Source of the DNA: a virus
Lineage: Duplodnaviria > Caudoviricetes
Virus record (IMG/VR): IMGVR_UViG_3300027974_001530
Direction: 5' to 3' (one strand)
DNA length: 64,000 nt
Shown: positions 1 through 9,020 of the stretch, piece by piece
How the letters are laid out: the number at the start of each line of letters is the position of its first letter
Position numbering within the stretch: the stretch's first letter is position 1
Program-made: the position numbers and the translations under genes
The notes under the pieces: model-generated
Database searches by the model: none
What the model saw: the letters and a program-made list of their open reading frames with translations, nothing else
Told to the model about the DNA's origin: nothing

Positions 1-1
1 C

Positions 2-1999
2 CATTAATCTTTGTAATTCAGAATTAATTAGTGGCATCATAGTTTTCATTATTGATTTTGATACCCCATTTTTTCCGTAAGATTCAAGATACATTTTATA
101 AATTTTATCTTTTTCGTCCTCTTCTTTTATTTTAACGATTAATTTTTTATTATGTTCTATTTTTTCTTCATTTGTTTTTATATTGTATTCACAGTTAGAT
201 ATTTCAGTGTTCTTATTCTTTTTTAATCTATCTAATTCCTCTAAACGAAGATCTGCCTTTATTAATTGACCGTCTATTTGGGTATTTAATTTGATCTTGT
301 CTTGTACTTCGGACCATCTTTTTAATTTATCATTTAAACCATTAATCTTAAGGTCACAACTTTCCACACTTAAATCATATTTTTCTTTGATTAATTTGTT
401 TTTTTCATACTCATCAAATTCTTTTTTAAGTCTAACAAATGTTTGTTCTGTGCCGGTTAAAACCTGCATTATGGTATAAATTTGGTCTTTTTGCATGATA
501 TAACCATCAAGTTCGGCAATTTTAGATTGTGTGATTGAGGCCATCATTAAGTCAATTCCACAGTGTTCACATTTGATTCCACCGTCAACAGAACTCTTTA
601 ATTCTTCAATTGATTTAATCTTACTTTCAACCTCAACCATTTGTTTAAATGATTTGTTGTATTCATCTTTAACTTTATCGTGATCATCCTCATAATAAAA
701 CGAAGATGGTTCAATAACTTTAAGTTCGGTTAACTTAACTAAGAATTCTTCTTTTTCTTTTTTTAACTTAACAACCTCGTCTTGAGTTTTATCAGGGTTC
801 ATCAGAGCAATTTCTTTATCAATGTCGTTATGTTTTTTCTTTAACATATCGTCACGATATTCTTTACCTTTGGATATCTTATCTTCGATGTCCTCTAGTT
901 CTTTTTTGTTTTCCTCAATCTGATCATTGTATTCAACAATTTTAGTCGCATAAGTTTCTATATCCGTTTTTAATTGTTCAGAACTATACAAATTTGATAG
1001 TTTTGATTTTCCAAACGAACTATATATTTCTTTCGCGACCTCCTCTTTCCTTTTTAAAAACTCAAGACCCATAAATCTTGATAGGACTTGCCCTCTTGCA
1101 GTTGGTTTTGACTCCAACAACTCTTCAAGATTTGTCGAAGTTGTAAGTATTGTCATTAAAAAATCTTCTTTTGTTCCAATAGAATTTTTAATGAAAGCTT
1201 CGGTTTCTCTTCTTTGTTCACCAGTAAAATTTTGTAAACTACCGTCGGAAAGTTTTTTAAAGAAATCTAATTCTGTTTTTACATTCCAATCACCTTTTTT
1301 TGATTTCTTTCTTTCAATTTTTCTTAAGATTATATAATCTTCACCATCAATTGTGATTTCACCTTTAACAACTACCGAGTCTTTATCGGTAAATCGATTA
1401 AAGATTTCTTCGGCCTTGGTTGTTTTTGTTGTCTCATTAAAGAATAAGAACATTAATAAGTCCACAGACAAAACTGTTTTCCCTCCAAAATTTGGTGGGT
1501 CGGACTCAACAACAATTAATCCATTTAAAGTATCAAAATTTAATTTTTGATTTTCACCATAGGATAGAAAATTTGAGAACTCAATATTTCTAATGTACCA
1601 TTTTTTAAATTGGGTTACATCAACGTCACCTTCTTCCATTTTATGTTCTACAGTTCTGTTTAGATCTAATATTTGGTCTAAGTTTTTATCATAACCTTTA
1701 GATTGTAAAAAATTTTTCAAAAGATCTATTTGATAATTACTATCAGTGATATTAACAGACACATCAACTGTTTGCATTGTTTCTTGATCTACGTTTTTAA
1801 CTTTTGTTAATACGTTGACGTTTGTTGTATTATATTTTTTTTGAAAATAGTATTTAACACTTTTAATTTTATCTTGAGTAAAATTTTCTTGTAAGTCCTC
1901 CCAAACAACTTGTATTGTTGGGTTTTCAAACTTAGTAAAGTCTAAATCTTTTATCATAATTTTGTAGTTGTATATTTTTGGTGGATTAAAGAGATCCAT
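2..1999 (-). CDS. sbcC: SbcC/Rad50/gp46-like recombination ATPase, partial (runs off the window start; absent from the ORF track)
   Basis: Manual translation from ATG at 1999 gives MDLFNPPK..., then after about 130 aa KWYIRNIEFSNFLSYGENQ (Rad50 N-terminal strand). Walker A variant SDPPNFGGKT, long coiled coil, zinc-hook CEHC near 560-575. Frame appears open to the window edge. Confidence 0.9.
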   Translation of the reverse strand, partial: MDLFNPPKIYNYKIMIKDLDFTKFENPTIQVVWEDLQENFTQDKIKSVKYYFQKKYNTTNVNVLTKVKNVDQETMQTVDVSVNITDSNYQIDLLKNFLQSKGYDKNLDQILDLNRTVEHKMEEGDVDVTQFKKWYIRNIEFSNFLSYGENQKLNFDTLNGLIVVESDPPNFGGKTVLSVDLLMFLFFNETTKTTKAEEIFNRFTDKDSVVVKGEITIDGEDYIILRKIERKKSKKGDWNVKTELDFFKKLSDGSLQNFTGEQRRETEAFIKNSIGTKEDFLMTILTTSTNLEELLESKPTARGQVLSRFMGLEFLKRKEEVAKEIYSSFGKSKLSNLYSSEQLKTDIETYATKIVEYNDQIEENKKELEDIEDKISKGKEYRDDMLKKKHNDIDKEIALMNPDKTQDEVVKLKKEKEEFLVKLTELKVIEPSSFYYEDDHDKVKDEYNKSFKQMVEVESKIKSIEELKSSVDGGIKCEHCGIDLMMASITQSKIAELDGYIMQKDQIYTIMQVLTGTEQTFVRLKKEFDEYEKNKLIKEKYDLSVESCDLKINGLNDKLKRWSEVQDKIKLNTQIDGQLIKADLRLEELDRLKKNKNTEISNCEYNIKTNEEKIEHNKKLIVKIKEEDEKDKIYKMYLESYGKNGVSKSIMKTMMPLINSELQRLM

Positions 2000-2002
2000 T
2001 TA

Positions 2003-2236
2003 TTATTTGTCTTCTTCCTTATTTTCTTCATTAATTTCAGGAGTATCTTGATCAACAACATTAAAAGTTAATGGTTGTCCCGATAAACTAACGTCAACCC
2101 CATTATTTTCTTGTAATCTTTCTATTTGTTGTTTCATTAAGATATCAAATGCTTTTTGCATTCCTGATTTTTGTTCTTTTACTTTTGCATTTCTTTTTGC
2201 AACCTTTGCTCTGTGTTCTTTATCTTTTTTTCCCAT
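2003..2236 (-). CDS. hypothetical protein (basic N-terminus, acidic C-terminus)
   Basis: 77-aa ORF tightly packed in the minus-strand operon. Confidence 0.75.
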   Translation of the reverse strand: MGKKDKEHRAKVAKRNAKVKEQKSGMQKAFDILMKQQIERLQENNGVDVSLSGQPLTFNVVDQDTPEINEENKEEDK

Positions 2237-2248
2237 TTTATTTATTAT

Positions 2249-2650
2249 TTAATCGTTTAAAATTTGTTCTTCAGTTTCTGTTGTTTCTTCAACATATTGA
2301 TTTTGTTTCATTGGTCTGTTTTCTTCAAACCATTCAATTATAGAATTTATTGCCCACACAAAACCTGCGGATAATATCCCATCAAAAAATACCGATAAAT
2401 ATTTATTAAGTCCAATGAAACAAGTGTTCGGAGAAAAGTACGCCAAGGACAGGAAGAACCCTACCCAAGTAGATGTACATAAAACACAAGATATTAATTC
2501 AGATAAAAATTTACCAAAGTGATTAAAGGGAGCATATTTATTATTTCCCCATTTATGGATTGAGTTTCTTAATCCGTTAAATATTGACCCATAAACTAAA
2601 ATGTTTGTCATACCATAGGCAACCATTGCCCAAATTACTAATTCTATCAT
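2249..2650 (-). CDS. small membrane protein, DUF1360-like
   Basis: Three hydrophobic segments and CVLCTSTWVG, resembling the CxxCxSxW motif recalled for DUF1360. Confidence 0.55.
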   Translation of the reverse strand: MIELVIWAMVAYGMTNILVYGSIFNGLRNSIHKWGNNKYAPFNHFGKFLSELISCVLCTSTWVGFFLSLAYFSPNTCFIGLNKYLSVFFDGILSAGFVWAINSIIEWFEENRPMKQNQYVEETTETEEQILND

Positions 2651-3297
2651 AATATATCTTTTAAGTTTGATCCTTTCATAAAAAATGCGTTCATCGCATT
2701 ATTGTTAGGTTCTTTGTTTATTTTTTCTAACTCTTCTATTTTTTTATTTTTTTCTGAAATCTCTTTTCTTAATTTCTGTAGTGTCTCTTGAAGTAACTTT
2801 ACTTGGTCGTCATCTTTTTTAATGTCTAAATTACGTCTAAGTTCGTCTAACTCTTTATCCTTTTTAGACATCTCATAATGGAAAATATTTTCTATTTCTT
2901 CCGTCTTAGTGGAAAATATTTGTCTTTCTTTATCTAATTCTTCATCCTTTTTAGACATTTCTTCTTCCAACTGTTGTATTTTTAACAACAGTTCATTTTC
3001 ACCTGTTTTGTCACTAATGTATTCTATTTTTGTGACAATTTTCTCAACTTCTTTAATAACTTCAACAGGTACTTCCACCCGTATTTCACGGATTACCTCA
3101 ATTTCTACCTGTTTTTCACCAACAATACCCGTTTTTAAGTCTTTTTCACCTTCATTAAGTGTTTTACCCAAAAGCCCATAAACTTCAACATCTAACCCTT
3201 TTTTTATTGTTTTAATAATAAAACCGTTTACGTCGGTTATATCATTTAATCTACAATAATTCCAAACTTTGTCTTTTAAGTCTTTTGGTAATTCCAT
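2647..3297 (-). CDS. coiled-coil hypothetical protein
   Basis: 216-aa E/K-rich heptad pattern; internal degenerate repeat EMSKKD(E/K)ELD twice. Confidence 0.75.
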   Translation of the reverse strand: MELPKDLKDKVWNYCRLNDITDVNGFIIKTIKKGLDVEVYGLLGKTLNEGEKDLKTGIVGEKQVEIEVIREIRVEVPVEVIKEVEKIVTKIEYISDKTGENELLLKIQQLEEEMSKKDEELDKERQIFSTKTEEIENIFHYEMSKKDKELDELRRNLDIKKDDDQVKLLQETLQKLRKEISEKNKKIEELEKINKEPNNNAMNAFFMKGSNLKDIL

Positions 3298-3300
3298 TAA

Positions 3301-4080
3301 TTAAAAATTTTGTATTTTTTCCGTTCCTTTTTCAATATCTTCAAATGACTTCATTGAGAATTTTAAAAAAGGTTTTGGGTTAAATAAGTCTCTATAAGTA
3401 TAGTCGTTTGTTTCAACATTATAAACACCATAACCATGTCTACCGATACTTTCACCAATATTGTTTTGTATTGTTGATCCAATCATATAACCTTTACCTG
3501 TCTTAAACTTAAATTCCGCTCTTTTGTGAATATCTCCACATAAAACAACATCAAGTCCATCAAACTTTTCAACATCATACGCCTCTTCCCCAAATTCGAA
3601 ACCTAAATCAGTTTTAAGTCCTGATATTGGTCCATGGAATAATCCAACCTTAATTCCAGTTGCAACATTTAAATCAGGTGGTATGTTTCCTTGATATTGA
3701 GAATAGACACACCAACTTATATTTTCATCCTCATACACACCCCTATCTCTGTAATAAAATATATTTGGGTTGTTTAGTGAATTAATTACGGGTGAAAGTG
3801 CGTCTAATCTTTCTGTATTATTAACTAAGAAATCGTGATTACCTGGTATTATAATTGTTGGTGCAATGTATGAACATTCTTTTAATATCCAAGAAACCAT
3901 TTCAATAAGCTCAGGTGTCATTTGATTTTTAGAGTGTACTAAATCTCCCGTAAATACAATTCTATCAGGTTCAAGTTCTCTCCATTGATTAATAGCCTCT
4001 TCTAAAATTGATTTATATAAGTCGTGATCTTTAAATAATCTTATATGTAAATCAGAAAAATGTATAATAGTTTTTATCAT
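3301..4080 (-). CDS. sbcD: SbcD/Mre11/gp47-like metallophosphoesterase nuclease
   Basis: Motifs HFSDLH, TGDLVH, PGNHD, LFHG, GDIHK. Start placed at ATG 4080 (MIKTIIHFSD) because of the promoter directly upstream. Confidence 0.9.
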   Translation of the reverse strand: MIKTIIHFSDLHIRLFKDHDLYKSILEEAINQWRELEPDRIVFTGDLVHSKNQMTPELIEMVSWILKECSYIAPTIIIPGNHDFLVNNTERLDALSPVINSLNNPNIFYYRDRGVYEDENISWCVYSQYQGNIPPDLNVATGIKVGLFHGPISGLKTDLGFEFGEEAYDVEKFDGLDVVLCGDIHKRAEFKFKTGKGYMIGSTIQNNIGESIGRHGYGVYNVETNDYTYRDLFNPKPFLKFSMKSFEDIEKGTEKIQNF

Positions 4081-4086
4081 ACACAA

Positions 4087-4115
4087 AATATAAACTATTT
4101 TAAATTAATTGTCAA
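4087..4115 (-). promoter_or_regulatory. early/middle-type promoter for sbcD, probably leaderless
   Basis: Minus strand TTGACA-17 nt-TATATT-6 nt-ATG. Confidence 0.75.
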
Positions 4116-4120
4116 TCAAC

Positions 4121-4148
4121 AAAAAACCCACCTTTTTGGGGTGGGTTT
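4121..4148 (-). terminator. rho-independent terminator
   Basis: Stem AAACCCACC / GGTGGGTTT with a T-run after it on the minus strand, downstream of 4169..4525. Confidence 0.8.
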
Positions 4149-4168
4149 AATAATTCTTTTACTAAAAA

Positions 4169-4525
4169 TTAAAATCCTTCATAAAGTCTTAAAATATTTG
4201 TTCCGTCCCCTTCTTCAATATAAAAAGATTCTTCTTCTGTTACACATGTATCTTCACAAACACATCCTTTTACATCATAACTTCCTGCCTTATCTTCGGG
4301 AGTTTTAGTGAATTTATATAATTTTTTTCCATTTTCTTCACCTGAAGGAGTTAAAAATGATATTGACTCGGAAGATAAAGTATTTAAATTACCATCACAA
4401 GATTGCCATTTTATGTCTGTAGGTAGAGTATTTTCAAATAAATAAAATTTAGATGTTGCCTTTTTATGCATTTCAAGAATTCTATTTTTTTCATTGTTTG
4501 TTAAACTTGATAGTATGTTTTTCAT
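4169..4525 (-). CDS. hypothetical late protein with N-terminal EKNRILEMHK motif
   Basis: 118-aa ORF with its own TATTTAT motif (4541-4547) upstream and a terminator downstream. Confidence 0.7.
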   Translation of the reverse strand: MKNILSSLTNNEKNRILEMHKKATSKFYLFENTLPTDIKWQSCDGNLNTLSSESISFLTPSGEENGKKLYKFTKTPEDKAGSYDVKGCVCEDTCVTEEESFYIEEGDGTNILRLYEGF

Positions 4526-4569
4526 AATTTTAATTTACTAATAAATACCTTAATACTTTAAAAAATTAA

Positions 4570-4809
4570 TCACATAATAATTTTTGGTGGTGAACCTAAA
4601 TCATCATAACCATCTTCTTTAAAAGGGTTATGTGGTATTGGTATTTGAATTGGAGAGACCATTGTTCTTGGGTTAGGAAAAAATGGATCGTTATTATTAA
4701 CTTTTTTCATTTTTTCTTTAATACTTTCAATATCAACCTCTTTAATTGTCGTCCAATCTCTGTTGGTCATAAAACCATCTAACCAAACGTAAAATTCTTT
4801 GTGTGTCAT
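4570..4809 (-). CDS. hypothetical protein
   Basis: 79-aa ORF; its ATG overlaps the TGA of the upstream small ORF (ATGA). Confidence 0.7.
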   Translation of the reverse strand: MTHKEFYVWLDGFMTNRDWTTIKEVDIESIKEKMKKVNNNDPFFPNPRTMVSPIQIPIPHNPFKEDGYDDLGSPPKIIM

Positions 4810-4952
4810 ACCAATTCTCTATTATAAAGGTTTACTAATATAAGTCTAGCAAATCTAAATTCCCTAACTCTATTTAAGTTTAATCCATAAGACAAATCCA
4901 CACTTTTAAGGTGTGGGTATGCCTCATTTATTGTCATTTTCCCTATTTCCAT
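4806..4952 (-). CDS. small hypothetical protein, 48 aa (MEIGKMTINEAYPHLKSVDLSYGLNLNRVREFRFARLILVNLYNRELV); not in ORF track
   Basis: Exactly fills the gap; TAATG coupling to the upstream gene and ATGA coupling to the downstream gene. Confidence 0.7.
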   Translation of the reverse strand: MEIGKMTINEAYPHLKSVDLSYGLNLNRVREFRFARLILVNLYNRELV

Positions 4953-5164
4953 TATTCAAAAATTAAAAATTCTTCATTTACGAATCCACAACTATCACAC
5001 ATATAGGTTGGGAACGGTACAATGGTATCCTCTGGGGTTCCTGTCAATAACTTAGGTACTTTTTTTATCATCGTAACTTCTTTGAAGAATTTAGATTCAC
5101 ATTTTTCGCATTTAATTGTTTCTTGTTTTTTAAGATCAATTCTTGGTTTAATAATATCGTCCAT
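4952..5164 (-). CDS. zinc-ribbon protein
   Basis: 70 aa with CEKC...CDSC. Confidence 0.75.
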   Translation of the reverse strand: MDDIIKPRIDLKKQETIKCEKCESKFFKEVTMIKKVPKLLTGTPEDTIVPFPTYMCDSCGFVNEEFLIFE

Positions 5165-5253
5165 TATTTTATAATATAATTTATGTTTATTTTAAATTTT
5201 GGGTAGTCCCAACTAGTGTTGGTATACCAAATAGGTGTGATTGTACTTTCCAT
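5164..5253 (-). CDS. small protein, 29 aa (MESTITPIWYTNTSWDYPKFKININYIIK); not in ORF track
   Basis: TAATG coupling to the zinc-ribbon gene; promoter-like TTGAAA-16-TATATT ends 6 nt upstream of its ATG. Confidence 0.5.
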   Translation of the reverse strand: MESTITPIWYTNTSWDYPKFKININYIIK

Positions 5254-5259
5254 GGTAAA

Positions 5260-5287
5260 AATATAGTTTTTTATTTTATTTTTTCAA
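5260..5287 (-). promoter_or_regulatory. early/middle-type promoter, probably leaderless
   Basis: TTGAAA-16 nt-TATATT-6 nt-ATG(5253). Confidence 0.5.
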
Positions 5288-6130
5288 GTATTTGGTCATA
5301 TCCATTTCAAGGATTGTTTTAATTGTTTTTCTTGAGACTCTGTACTCAACGTACTCTCTTTCGTCCGTTAATCTTACGACTATACAACCCATTAATTGTA
5401 TGTCTTCATACTTAGACCCTTCTAACATTTTTAAAAGTAGTTTACCGTAGAATGGTAACTGAGTATTATAATGTCCGAGAGCGTTATTTGGTAAGTCCTC
5501 AAATGGTTTTCTCATTGGTTTTGTGTATTTGTTGGTAACAAAGTTTTTTTCCTTATTTGTTTTCCAATCTGTTATTAAAATACCAAGTTTACCATTAACC
5601 CCAATAACCAACCAAACCTTATCAGGTTGTCCCGTATATCCTAATTCAGGATGTCCCAAAACAATTTCAGTGTCCAATAAAATACAACCTCTTTCTTTGA
5701 TTAAATCAATGTATCGTTTACCGGCAACTATCATCGAGTCTCCTTTGACTATCTGTTCGGCATCACACTCAAATATTGGTTGTCTTATTTCTTTTTCAAT
5801 ACCAAATTCTTTTAATGTATGAGTTTCAAGTATGTAGTGAACACGAGATCCCATATTTGTTGAGTATGTTCCGGCGTCTGACCATTCTTTTAATAAACGT
5901 TCTTTTTCGTCAGGATTACCACCTGATTTATATTCCGCAATTCCTTCTGAATCAAATTCCTCATAAAACAATTTCATTAATTTTGAAACTGAGGGAAATT
6001 TAGAAGTTAGATTACCCTCAAGGTCAATCATTGTGTACTTGTGAGATTCTTCCTCAAAAGTTAATTGTAATTCTTTTTGTTTTTCTGAAATAATTTGTCT
6101 TATTTCTTCTGCTATTAATAATAAATCCAT
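5276..6130 (-). CDS. PD-(D/E)XK exonuclease (RecB/lambda-exonuclease-like)
   Basis: GQPDKVW...ITDWKTNK catalytic motifs and downstream HYNTQLPFYG (QxxxY) helix. Confidence 0.8.
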   Translation of the reverse strand: MDLLLIAEEIRQIISEKQKELQLTFEEESHKYTMIDLEGNLTSKFPSVSKLMKLFYEEFDSEGIAEYKSGGNPDEKERLLKEWSDAGTYSTNMGSRVHYILETHTLKEFGIEKEIRQPIFECDAEQIVKGDSMIVAGKRYIDLIKERGCILLDTEIVLGHPELGYTGQPDKVWLVIGVNGKLGILITDWKTNKEKNFVTNKYTKPMRKPFEDLPNNALGHYNTQLPFYGKLLLKMLEGSKYEDIQLMGCIVVRLTDEREYVEYRVSRKTIKTILEMDMTKYLKK

Positions 6131-7029
6131 TAATCTCTTATTTCTATAAAGTATTCATTTATATTACCTCTCAAATCACATACGTCTTGATCTTTAGGTA
6201 ATTTTACTATTTTTATTTTTTCATATAATTCTCCACCATTTAATTCGTGGTAAAGTTTAATTGCATTATTCCATGCGTCCCCATCCAACGCAATTATCAC
6301 ATTTCCTTTTGCGTTATTATAAACTTTATCAAATAACATTTCTGACATATGTTTACCCAACATTGGTATTGAGTTCTCTAAGAAAAATCCATCGAATACT
6401 CCCTCAACCAAATAAATGTCTTTTTTCCAATCTATTAGTTTTTCATTAAAGATTATTTTGTCTTTCTCAGCTTCTGGGTTTTTATATTTAAATTTAGTAT
6501 GTGGGTCCCAACTACGGGCAACATAATAATTTAATTCTCCTTTTTTATCGTACGATGGAACAACTATTCTACCAACATGACTTCCCTTATCACAAAAACC
6601 AATACCATATTTTTCAATAATATCATCTGTTATTCCACGACTTTGTAAATAATTATAAGCCTGTCTTCTAACAGGATAAATTTTATGAGAGTCTTTAAAT
6701 AACGTAAAACTTTCAGGTAACTTTAATTTTTTGTATTTTTTTTCTTTTACGGGTACGGTTTCTGGTTTTAAAATATAATATAACTTTTTTTGTTTTTTAT
6801 TACCAAATTTGTCAAATAACTTACCCAAAGATCCGTGAGTATTCTCAATATCACCACAAGACCAACACTTATAAACATTACTTATGTAATTTATTTCCAA
6901 ATTATGTTTATTTCTACCTTCATCGCAAACGGGACAATTGAAGGATATTTGACCTCTGTTGTCATAATGCAACCCGTGGTCTCCCAAAATTTCTTCTAAT
7001 AATTCAACTAAAGCCTCATTTTCTTCCAT
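6130..7029 (-). CDS. DNA primase (DnaG/gp61-like)
   Basis: Zinc-binding CPVC...CWSC, YLQSRGI, GRIVVP, TOPRIM EGVFDG and ALDGD. Confidence 0.9.
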   Translation of the reverse strand: MEENEALVELLEEILGDHGLHYDNRGQISFNCPVCDEGRNKHNLEINYISNVYKCWSCGDIENTHGSLGKLFDKFGNKKQKKLYYILKPETVPVKEKKYKKLKLPESFTLFKDSHKIYPVRRQAYNYLQSRGITDDIIEKYGIGFCDKGSHVGRIVVPSYDKKGELNYYVARSWDPHTKFKYKNPEAEKDKIIFNEKLIDWKKDIYLVEGVFDGFFLENSIPMLGKHMSEMLFDKVYNNAKGNVIIALDGDAWNNAIKLYHELNGGELYEKIKIVKLPKDQDVCDLRGNINEYFIEIRD

Positions 7030-7036
7030 TACCTAA

Positions 7037-7065
7037 AATATAGTCCAAATAATTAAGTTAATCAA
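7037..7065 (-). promoter_or_regulatory. early/middle-type promoter for primase, probably leaderless
   Basis: TTGATT-17 nt-TATATT-7 nt-ATG(7029). Confidence 0.65.
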
Positions 7066-7113
7066 CTTCACAAGTTTTTTCAATTTTCTATATTTATTAT
7101 AGATAATATATTT

Positions 7114-7329
7114 ATGCCAACAAACGTAACAATAACAAATTTAACAGGATCTTCACCTTATAACGTGTGGGTTTGTGATACAACTTTAACAACCTGTATA
7201 TATGTTAGTACATTTAGTACGGTACCTTACACATTTGAGGTTCCTTACGTATACTCTTCTTTAACAGATTTTATTGTAAAAATTGTTGACAATAATAATT
7301 GTATAAAAACTAATACCATTACCGTATAA
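7114..7329 (+). CDS. small beta-rich Cys-containing virion-type module (paralogue of 17482..17790 and of the N-terminus of 17790..19982)
   Basis: YNVWVCD...C...P...VP...IVKIVDNNNC pattern; TATTTAT at 7091-7097 upstream. Confidence 0.7.
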   Translation: MPTNVTITNLTGSSPYNVWVCDTTLTTCIYVSTFSTVPYTFEVPYVYSSLTDFIVKIVDNNNCIKTNTITV

Positions 7330-7330
7330 T

Positions 7331-8953
7331 ATGACTTGTGTTTTACTTGGAACGTTTTCCTACTCATCAACTAGTCCTGAATTACTTTGTGACGAAATTA
7401 AAACTATATCAATTTATGGTGATGATTTAAACTTGGGATCCTTAATCTATTCAGATTCCTTATGTACAGTGTTGGTAAATAATGGATTTTATTCTGACGG
7501 GATTAATACATATACAGTTGGTGAAACAAGTGACAGGGGAACCATAGAAACCATAGAACCTTGTGCCGAATGTAATACAGAATACTGTATCTCAGGTACA
7601 GACACGTATGACGATAACTATACGTTTAATGGATCTTATAACGGTTTCCCATATTATACAGGACAAAGTGGGAGTTATTTGATTTACTATTCGACAGGCG
7701 AGACTTGTTGGTGCGTTTCTTCCGTATTAGATGGCCCTTGTGAACTTTTTGGTAAATCGCCTTGTCTTAGTAATTGTCCTGATTTATGTGAAACATTTTT
7801 TACTGAAGGATATTGTGTTGTAAGTACAACAACAACATATAATAGTTGTGACATAATTGATTTTGAGGCATTATTTAATTGTGATGTCACTCCAACTCCA
7901 ACTGTTACTCCAACATCAACACCAACACCAACCCCTACAGTAACTCCAACACCATCTAATGTGTGTAATAGTTTAAATTTTGTCGCAACAGGTATAACAT
8001 ATACCCCAACACCCACACCAACACCTAGCGACACACCAAGTCCAACTCCAACACCAACAATAGATTGTTTGGTTTCAGGTTTAGTTACATTTAATATTAT
8101 TGATGATTACATAAGATGTTCAAATAGTAAGAAATTTAGAGATTGTTTTACAGGAACTGAATATTTTAGTGCCGATCTAATTCTTATAAATGGTGAAATC
8201 CCTATACAAGGTTATGTTTATAAAACAATAATTAATGATGAATCTATTTGTGCAACTTTCTTAGGTTTAGTGGATAACATAAGTGGTGTTGATAAAATAG
8301 AATTAGTGTCAGAACTTGGTCCTGAAAATGAAGGTAAGTGTTTGGATTGTATTCCGAGTCCTTCAAATACCCCAACACCTACACCGACATCAACCCCAAC
8401 ACCTACACCGACAACTCCGGTTGGTTGTATTGAGTGTTCATCAATAACTAACTTACCTCAAGTCGGTAATTCAATTACGGTTAATGGTATAACAATTACA
8501 GGTAATGGAACAGGTACCATAGAAGAAGGAATACTTGGTGGTTTCTTGGGTTGGTGTCTTACGGGTCCTTTAATACAAAACGGGTTTTTATATTTAGGTA
8601 ATGGTGTTTTACCTGTGAATTACCCATTCTCATATACTTTAACATTTAGTCAACCCGTAAATAATATAAGTTTAAGAATAAATGGTTATAATTATTTAAG
8701 TCCAACAAATTATGAAACCTTTGCGTTTACGACAAATTCAGGTAACCCATCTATTTCAAGTTGTAGTTATTGTTGCGCTAAAATTAATAGTAATAACATA
8801 GAGGCATCTCCTTGTCCTCAAACATCCCCTCAAGGTAATATTGGTTCAGGTATATTCACCTTTACAACTTTGACACCATACACAACTCTTACAATAACAG
8901 GTAATGGAGCTGCAAATTGTGGAGGTACTGTTTTTGATTTATGTGATTTTTAA
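7331..8953 (+). CDS. Cys-rich, Pro-Thr-linker multidomain putative virion surface protein
   Basis: 540 aa, 31 Cys by manual count, three TPTP tracts; follows 7114..7329 after a 1-nt gap. Confidence 0.7.
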   Translation: MTCVLLGTFSYSSTSPELLCDEIKTISIYGDDLNLGSLIYSDSLCTVLVNNGFYSDGINTYTVGETSDRGTIETIEPCAECNTEYCISGTDTYDDNYTFNGSYNGFPYYTGQSGSYLIYYSTGETCWCVSSVLDGPCELFGKSPCLSNCPDLCETFFTEGYCVVSTTTTYNSCDIIDFEALFNCDVTPTPTVTPTSTPTPTPTVTPTPSNVCNSLNFVATGITYTPTPTPTPSDTPSPTPTPTIDCLVSGLVTFNIIDDYIRCSNSKKFRDCFTGTEYFSADLILINGEIPIQGYVYKTIINDESICATFLGLVDNISGVDKIELVSELGPENEGKCLDCIPSPSNTPTPTPTSTPTPTPTTPVGCIECSSITNLPQVGNSITVNGITITGNGTGTIEEGILGGFLGWCLTGPLIQNGFLYLGNGVLPVNYPFSYTLTFSQPVNNISLRINGYNYLSPTNYETFAFTTNSGNPSISSCSYCCAKINSNNIEASPCPQTSPQGNIGSGIFTFTTLTPYTTLTITGNGAANCGGTVFDLCDF

Positions 8954-8970
8954 CTTTTATGATAAAAAAA

Positions 8971-8995
8971 AATACCATCTAAAAAGATGATATTT
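8971..8995. terminator. possible bidirectional terminator between convergent genes
   Basis: Imperfect hairpin AATACCATCT-AAAA-AGATGATATT flanked by A/T runs. Confidence 0.35.
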
Positions 8996-9020
8996 AAAAT
9001 TATTAGTATTTTAATAGATA

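Noticed and set aside
7687-8034. Minus-strand GVGVGV-rich ORF
   Set aside because: It is the reverse complement of the TPTP tract in 7331..8953.
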